Of a stretch of DNA of 64,000 bases, positions 58,270 to 64,000 are shown piece after piece (position 1 is the stretch's first letter; every line of letters begins with the position of its first letter). Position numbers and translations under genes: made by a program. This stretch comes from a virus (taxonomy: Duplodnaviria > Caudoviricetes), in IMG/VR virus record IMGVR_UViG_3300028797_002495, positions 1-64,000 of that record; one strand, written 5' to 3'. Below the pieces are notes generated by a model, which ran no database searches, was not told the origin of the DNA, and saw only the letters and a program-made list of their open reading frames with translations.

Positions 58270-59287
58270 TTTCTACCTCTTTACAACTGATTCTGCTATG
58301 TTTGTATAAGTTCTGCCATATTTCTTTTCCAAGATCTGTAGGAGAAGCTTTACTCCCCTTTGGCAGATATAAATTATCTTTATCAAAAATGTATGAAACA
58401 TTATTTTTATAAGTAAAATTATCCACAACCAACTTATTGGCTTCATACTTTATTTCGTCCTCACATAAAGATTCATCAAAAGCTACAATAATATTTTCTA
58501 TCATTAAACTTTTAATTATTCTCGCCTGAGTATCACTAATGCTATGTCCGGCAATTGCACATGTACAACATAATCCGAAGTCCCATGCCTGCATTACTGA
58601 TTTTTCTGATTCAAAAATTATCAAAGTCCTTTTGTTAATTATATTTTTATAATTCCAGTTTATTCCGTAGACCACATGACTTTTAGCATATGGAAGCCAA
58701 GCGAACCAACGATTATTATAATCTTCGTTAGAGTTATTTCTTGCTTTAACCCCCACCAGTTCATCGGTCATAGAATAAACTGGAATTAAAATACAATCAT
58801 CTTCATGACAATATCTCACTTTAAAATGTTTCTGTGCTTCAACAGAGATATGGTCATCAATAAAAAGTTTGCTAAAACTATCTAATGGTGGGAGCAGATT
58901 TTCGTTATAGATCTTCAAAGAGGATTCTGGCTCCAATTGCTCTTTTAAGATGCGTTTATAGAATGCATTAAAAGGCAATTTAATATCATATTGGAGGTTA
59001 TGAGTGATTCCTAGCCACTTGGCTATGGTATCGAGAGCTTTTGGAAAGTTACAGCCAAGGTCATCCATGACTAATGTAAATAGGTTCCCGCTCCCACCGT
59101 GGGAAAAGTTTTGATATCCTAATGTATCAATGAGTATGCTACAAGCATTAGGATTATCTCCGCTTATATTAGCAAACGTTATATATTTGCCACGAGCTTG
59201 TATACGCTCATGACCTAATTTAGTCAAGACTTTAATAATGTTATCTGTGTTGTCTATAAGTTCATTATTAAGAGTCTGAACATTCAT
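58253..59287 (-). CDS. DNA primase (TOPRIM)
   Basis: ILIPV...VGVKAR, VYGIN, IIFESEKSV and IIVAFDE motifs. Confidence 0.85.
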   Translation of the reverse strand: MNVQTLNNELIDNTDNIIKVLTKLGHERIQARGKYITFANISGDNPNACSILIDTLGYQNFSHGGSGNLFTLVMDDLGCNFPKALDTIAKWLGITHNLQYDIKLPFNAFYKRILKEQLEPESSLKIYNENLLPPLDSFSKLFIDDHISVEAQKHFKVRYCHEDDCILIPVYSMTDELVGVKARNNSNEDYNNRWFAWLPYAKSHVVYGINWNYKNIINKRTLIIFESEKSVMQAWDFGLCCTCAIAGHSISDTQARIIKSLMIENIIVAFDESLCEDEIKYEANKLVVDNFTYKNNVSYIFDKDNLYLPKGSKASPTDLGKEIWQNLYKHSRISCKEVENDTRS

Positions 59288-59296
59288 CTTTTGTAC

Positions 59297-59878
59297 CTAC
59301 CAAGTTTTATTATTATTATATACCCATTCGTCTGCTTGTTCTTGAGTATATCCAGCCTTTACCATCTCTTCAGCCAATCTTCTTCTATAATACTGATGAA
59401 GATTGTCATGCAGTCCTTTAACATTGGCAGATGTTGGATGTTCTTTTACTCTCCTATATATTTCAGATATCATGGTTTTATCTGATACCCAAGAGAGTTC
59501 TTTCTGAACATATTCTTCAGTAAATTCTATTTTCTTACGCTTACATCTTCTGTATAATTTCTTTACATCACGAAGATACCATGCAAATCTTTCTTCTTCT
59601 TCCTGATCTACAAATGAACGGCTTCCAATATGTGCTGTATAAAAACCGTCTTTATTTCCTCCTGCTGCACCAACAAGAAACGCCGCATATGGTAAAAGAT
59701 CTTTTATACTTTTTATATCTAAAAGCAATTCTCCTTCCCATTCTAATGTTTTTTCGTTAAGGTGTGTGTCAGGAGTATATTGATATATTTTTATTTTAGA
59801 CCAATCAGATTCATCGTTTAATTCTCTTATATTTACAAGAGAATCCCATAAATCACATTTACCACAATATTCACTAAT
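59297..59878 (-). CDS. Hypothetical protein, probable ATT start (193 aa)
   Basis: The frame is open for 50 codons upstream of the ORF-track start. GGAGG-N8-ATT AGT GAA TAT TGT GGT AAA TGT GAT. Confidence 0.6.
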   Translation of the reverse strand: MSEYCGKCDLWDSLVNIRELNDESDWSKIKIYQYTPDTHLNEKTLEWEGELLLDIKSIKDLLPYAAFLVGAAGGNKDGFYTAHIGSRSFVDQEEEERFAWYLRDVKKLYRRCKRKKIEFTEEYVQKELSWVSDKTMISEIYRRVKEHPTSANVKGLHDNLHQYYRRRLAEEMVKAGYTQEQADEWVYNNNKTW

Positions 59879-59902
59879 AGCAACCGCCTCCCTTCTTATA
59901 TT

Positions 59903-59930
59903 ACTTTATCACTTTATATAATTTTGTCAA
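59903..59930 (-). promoter_or_regulatory. sigma-A-type promoter
   Basis: TTGACA-N16-TAAAGT with TG extension. The -35 overlaps the stop codon of 59927-60124. Confidence 0.65.
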
Positions 59931-60124
59931 GTGTTATCTGGAGAATATTTTCCAAGAATTGATAAATCAATATTTAAATCAATAAGTTCAGTGAGAACAA
60001 ATGTAATTCCTTTAGCAATTCCGGTTTCAAATATCATTTTCTGTTCATTAGTTAACGGACTGTTGGTTTCAATTTCCTTATAAAATTCATTAATATAATC
60101 TATTAATTTTCTTTCGTTACTCAT
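59927..60124 (-). CDS. Hypothetical protein
   Basis: AAAGG RBS, 65 aa. Confidence 0.55.
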   Translation of the reverse strand: MSNERKLIDYINEFYKEIETNSPLTNEQKMIFETGIAKGITFVLTELIDLNIDLSILGKYSPDNT

Positions 60125-60269
60125 TAATCTACCTTTCTTGCTTCTACAGAATCAAATAGCCTAATGTATTTATACCAAAATACCCAGAACCATGAGATCC
60201 AATTTGGACAATATCTTACTAAAGTCCACGACCAACTTCTATTATTTTTTATTAATATTGCTTTCATAA

Positions 60270-61721
60270 TTACCTCGTTCTAAACTGATCAAATGGACAC
60301 TCATACCATCCGACATCTTTATAGGTATTAAAATTTAAATTACGTTCCATGATAATTTGAGGATCTTCTTCTCCAAATCTATTTTTAGGAGTAAACACCA
60401 TAATATAGTCTTTATTATCATCTAAATCAGTAATCTTTCTAATTTTACCATCATAATTATATGGTTTAACTTTCGTTTTTTCGTCCGATGTTATAGGTCG
60501 TAACATTACAACTTGTGTTGCTGTTTCTCCTATGGCTTTTGCCTTACCGATACAAGTCATATCAAGATACATTCTTGTCATTGCTTCAGGAGAAAGCTGA
60601 CAGGTTGCTATTGCAGCTACATCAAGTTTTTTAGCTTGTAAAAATATTCCTTTTGCAACTTCTGAAAATTCCCCCCACGCCTTATCTGAAGCGTCATTTT
60701 CTGGCTTAAGAGTATCTATAATAAAATAACTACAACCAATTGCTGCATATTTTGACATAAGTTTTTTAATATTTTCTACTCCATAATCTTGAGTTTCAAG
60801 AAATAAAATTTTACCCGGTTGATTTTCTAACCAGTCGGCGGCTTCTTTCATCTTCTTTTTATGTTCTTCAGTAAATCCACCCACCATCATCTTTCTTCTA
60901 GAAAATCCATCAACTTTACCAATTTTATTAAATAAAACTGTTGATAAAATCATCTGTCTCCATTCAGAAACACCTTGTTCATTTGCAATAACTACAACGT
61001 CTTGTGTTTCTATGGCTGGTAAAATATACCAAGCGATTGCTGAAGAAGTTTTACCTTTACCTATACTAGCTAAATGAAGCAGTAAATTAGATTTATGAAC
61101 TCCTAACAATCTATAATTAAGCATCGATGAACCAACTTTAAATCCTATACTGGCTCCCTTATCCCATTCTTCAATCCACTCATCATATCCTTGAGTAAGA
61201 TCTTCAGCATGAATTTTTTCAATCTTACCAACCGCTATGTTGCTTAACTGATATTCGTAATAGGCATAAACTTCGTTTGAATTCATTTCATTAAATTTAT
61301 CTAGCTTACTAAGAACATCAAATCCTGCGTTTTTAAGACGAATTAATAAATTACTTTTTACTAAATCATCATAATAAGCATCTATGTTATTAAGAGACAA
61401 CATGCTAGTTATCTCTTTTACGGTTCCGCTACCACCTCTACGTTCCCAGCCGTCCTTAAGAGTTTTCTTATCTTCAAGAAAAGTATAGATACTCATATTA
61501 TCAGCACTATTAAATCCAGCCTTTTTCATTCCTTGAAGAATACCATAATAGAACTGTCCGTCTTCTGTAATTAAGTCTTCACCATTAACTATATTAGAAT
61601 AGTCATTCATCAGACTCATATCTTTATAAAGAGAAAGGACAAAGTTGCACTCTAAAACCTGTCTCTTTTCAAGTAATTCTTTAGGTATATCTTTAGTCTT
61701 CAATCTTCGTCCTCCAACCAT
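60270..61721 (-). CDS. Replicative DNA helicase (DnaB-like)
   Basis: Walker A LASIGKGKTS, ANEQ, Walker B FIIDTLK, ATCQL, KAIGETA and arginine finger KNRFG. The true start may be TTG at 61703. Confidence 0.85.
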   Translation of the reverse strand: MVGGRRLKTKDIPKELLEKRQVLECNFVLSLYKDMSLMNDYSNIVNGEDLITEDGQFYYGILQGMKKAGFNSADNMSIYTFLEDKKTLKDGWERRGGSGTVKEITSMLSLNNIDAYYDDLVKSNLLIRLKNAGFDVLSKLDKFNEMNSNEVYAYYEYQLSNIAVGKIEKIHAEDLTQGYDEWIEEWDKGASIGFKVGSSMLNYRLLGVHKSNLLLHLASIGKGKTSSAIAWYILPAIETQDVVVIANEQGVSEWRQMILSTVLFNKIGKVDGFSRRKMMVGGFTEEHKKKMKEAADWLENQPGKILFLETQDYGVENIKKLMSKYAAIGCSYFIIDTLKPENDASDKAWGEFSEVAKGIFLQAKKLDVAAIATCQLSPEAMTRMYLDMTCIGKAKAIGETATQVVMLRPITSDEKTKVKPYNYDGKIRKITDLDDNKDYIMVFTPKNRFGEEDPQIIMERNLNFNTYKDVGWYECPFDQFRTR

Positions 61722-62212
61722 TTACTAATATTTGTTGCGGATTGTTTCTTATGCTTTAAATTAATATCTTCGATGTTAATAATTTCAGCTTTTAATCCGC
61801 TATTTTTTCTTCTTTCTTTCACAATCTTTTTGTATTCGTCCATGACATTATTATCTATAATCGCCATTATATACATGACCTTAGCAACCTCACTGCCAAA
61901 ATCTTTATTTTTTAAAGCCCATTCTATAGATTTAGCCTGAGATATCATTGTATTATATACCGCTTCATATCCCACACCTTCTTCGTACTTTTTATTTTTC
62001 AGTAGTTTAAAAAAATAAGTTGGTAGGATCATGTTAGGTTTATAACCCATAACCTCGAACATTTTATCTATACATTTATTTTTATATTCTATGTTTGTTT
62101 TCCATTTAATATAAGCTTCTTCAGTTGAAAAGTATTTTTTATTTGGGGCACGAAAAGAAATATCACTTGTTGACATCTCTCCTGTATCGACCAATTTTAC
62201 TAATCTACCCAT
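61700..62212 (-). CDS. Hypothetical replication protein (helicase-loader position)
   Basis: 170 aa, overlapping the helicase start. Confidence 0.55.
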   Translation of the reverse strand: MGRLVKLVDTGEMSTSDISFRAPNKKYFSTEEAYIKWKTNIEYKNKCIDKMFEVMGYKPNMILPTYFFKLLKNKKYEEGVGYEAVYNTMISQAKSIEWALKNKDFGSEVAKVMYIMAIIDNNVMDEYKKIVKERRKNSGLKAEIINIEDINLKHKKQSATNISKWLEDED

Positions 62213-62221
62213 CTTAATCTC

Positions 62222-62614
62222 CTAATACCAAATATCTGACCGATCATATCTTGTCGGCATATAAGCCCAAGCAAGCACATCGTCATTTTTATATCCATCA
62301 AATGTTTCGCCGTTCCATTTAGCAACGTCAACCTCTTTTGTAGTATCTGCCGGTGTAATTAAAAATTTATGTCCTATTTCGTATTTAGTCGGCAATTTGC
62401 TATATTTAGGTTGAGACCACTCAATAACATAAGGCATATCATTTAATGGAATATTATATCCAGCCATAACTAAAAATGAAGCAGCCGATTGTATAAGTTT
62501 GTGAGCTAAATCATTTTCTTCAATTTCTTCAAAATTTTGTTCAACTTTATATTTACCAATACCTTCGTCTGCATAATCATATTTAATCTTTAATTTTGCA
62601 TATTCTCTTTCCAT
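62222..62614 (-). CDS. Hypothetical protein
   Basis: GGAGG RBS, C-terminal VLAWAYMP (DUF551-like). Confidence 0.6.
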   Translation of the reverse strand: MEREYAKLKIKYDYADEGIGKYKVEQNFEEIEENDLAHKLIQSAASFLVMAGYNIPLNDMPYVIEWSQPKYSKLPTKYEIGHKFLITPADTTKEVDVAKWNGETFDGYKNDDVLAWAYMPTRYDRSDIWY

Positions 62615-62625
62615 AAAACCTCCAA

Positions 62626-62649
62626 GGTGGAGGTCTTCATACCTCCACC
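62626..62649 (-). promoter_or_regulatory. 9-bp hairpin directly upstream of an RBS
   Basis: GGTGGAGGT-ATGAAG-ACCTCCACC then TTGGAGGT. The stem's ACCTCC could alternatively pair with the RBS. Confidence 0.45.
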
Positions 62650-62663
62650 ATCATCCAAGGGGA

Positions 62664-63266
62664 TTAAAATTGATTAATGTCTATATAATACCTGTTAATT
62701 CCATGTGCTCTTTCAAGTTTATAACCATGTTTGAGTAAAAGATGTTCCCATTCATTATGACAAGGAATTGTAGTACCGGGTTTAGTTGATTCCATACAGA
62801 ACACCCAAGGTCTATAATTCCAGTCCCAACCCTCAAGAACTTGTTTTTCGAAACCTTCAACATCTATCTTGCAAAAATGAATTGTTTCAGGTTTATATTT
62901 GTTAAGTATCTCAGTCATAGTAAACACTTCAACTTGAAGAGCAGGCTTTGTTTCATAGTGATTTTCATAGATAACCTTGCTACTAAACGTAGAGCCATAA
63001 TCACACACTCTCATAGTAAGTATGTCGTGTTTATTACCAACTCCAATATTAAGATTAATATCACGGTCACGCTTTTGGCATAATTCTTGATACATATCTG
63101 GAAGTGGTTCTATATTAATTCCATTCCAACCTTGTTCATAAAATAACTTGGTTACGCTTAGAGCGTCGGGGCTATTTGCCCCAACATCTATATAAAAACC
63201 TTTATTAACATCTTTAAGAATTTCTGCAAGGATTATATCCTCTTGGTCTTGTGCATATGTAATCAT
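62664..63266 (-). CDS. FkbM-family SAM-dependent methyltransferase
   Basis: YAQDQED, FYIDVGAN..SVTK.FY..GWNGINIEP and FCKIDVEGFEKQVLEG. Confidence 0.9.
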   Translation of the reverse strand: MITYAQDQEDIILAEILKDVNKGFYIDVGANSPDALSVTKLFYEQGWNGINIEPLPDMYQELCQKRDRDINLNIGVGNKHDILTMRVCDYGSTFSSKVIYENHYETKPALQVEVFTMTEILNKYKPETIHFCKIDVEGFEKQVLEGWDWNYRPWVFCMESTKPGTTIPCHNEWEHLLLKHGYKLERAHGINRYYIDINQF

Positions 63267-64000
63267 TAAAATAACTCCGCTATCTCTTTAAGAATTGTTA
63301 TGTTTAATTCGGGATCTGTAAACTTCTTTACGCCACCAGACGCAAGCAGTTCCTTTGCTTTCTTCTTAGTATCAACATCTGCATCTTGGAACTTTTCCTG
63401 AATAATTGCTATGTAATCATCACGGTTCTCTTCAAGTTCAGCTTCGATCTTTTTTTCACGAGCCTTTGCTGAATTTTCTGATGCAACTTTTGCAGCTTCT
63501 TTAGCCTCAGCCTTTTGCTTCTTAGTCGCTTCTGCTACAGATATTCCATCATAACTCTGTTCTGCAAGAATTGCATCCTGCATAGCCTTAATAAATGCGT
63601 CAGAATCAAAAGGAATTCTATCTACAATGTTAGCAAATCTACATTTACTATCTACGGAATAAGTGTCATCACGGAAATTAATTACACGAGATTCAGCTGA
63701 AATTCTATTTTTCTCAATTTCTTTTCCGTCTTTATCTTTCTTTTTGCTCTTGTACTTTACTAAGTCACGATCGATATATGCCATTCCTAAAAAATCCAAC
63801 TTTGTTTTAATAGCATTAAAATATTTCTGAGTCGTATTAGCGGTTAACATTGTGTACTGTTCTTCTGTCATAACATCAGTAATATCTGTTCTTTTAACAT
63901 GAGATATTATAATAAAAGAAACACCAACACTTTTTAATTCCCACAGCTTGCTCAACATAATATCTATGGTTTTATCAAGACCTTTACCATACGAACCCCA
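63266..64000 (-). CDS. AAA_24 / Sak4-like phage ATPase (recombination), 5' end outside window
   Basis: Frame open to the window edge (WGSYGKG...). FIISHVK, DFLGMAY and SRVINFR..SKCRF motifs. Confidence 0.7.
   Translation of the reverse strand, partial: WGSYGKGLDKTIDIMLSKLWELKSVGVSFIIISHVKRTDITDVMTEEQYTMLTANTTQKYFNAIKTKLDFLGMAYIDRDLVKYKSKKKDKDGKEIEKNRISAESRVINFRDDTYSVDSKCRFANIVDRIPFDSDAFIKAMQDAILAEQSYDGISVAEATKKQKAEAKEAAKVASENSAKAREKKIEAELEENRDDYIAIIQEKFQDADVDTKKKAKELLASGGVKKFTDPELNITILKEIAELF

Noticed and set aside
1515-63700. Numerous opposite-strand ORF-track entries (for example 1515-2105, 12492-12776, 25595-26056, 42439-43029, 55681-55998)
   Set aside because: They overlap well-supported genes antisense, lack RBSs and have shadow-frame composition.

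Overview
The window is 64 kb of a large, AT-rich temperate tailed phage. The host is probably a low-GC Firmicute (Clostridia/Lachnospiraceae-like); this is inferred from strong GGAGG RBSs, sigma-A type promoters, and SleB and GH25/SH3 lysins. The + strand (1-40.7 kb) is the late region. It carries a GT4 glycosyltransferase end, an IscS-type cysteine desulfurase, a RuvC-like resolvase and a giant tape measure gene split by a group I intron (about 3105 aa after splicing). These are followed by baseplate and tail-fibre genes with several paralogous adhesin-like modules, an intron-split GT2 glycosyltransferase, a papain-like protease and a two-catalytic-domain endolysin. An intact attP (tRNA T-loop core with arm repeats on both sides) sits beside a tyrosine integrase, so this is the free/excised form and not a prophage junction. 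The - strand (41-64 kb) is the replication and nucleotide-metabolism region: dUTPase, intron-split NrdD, NDT, DUF1599, DnaE, HD protein, AP2-HNH endonuclease, PD-(D/E)XK nuclease, primase, DnaB-like helicase, FkbM methyltransferase and an AAA_24 protein. The most unusual part is a 1.25-kb non-coding array at 48.15-49.4 kb. Two normal tRNAs (Gln-TTG, Leu-TAA) are interleaved there with three related tRNA mimics that have no canonical anticodon arm, a perfect linker-free four-way-junction element and structured 125-140 nt spacers, all next to a U32-like gene. All calls come from motif recognition and hand-checked base pairing; no database searches were run.
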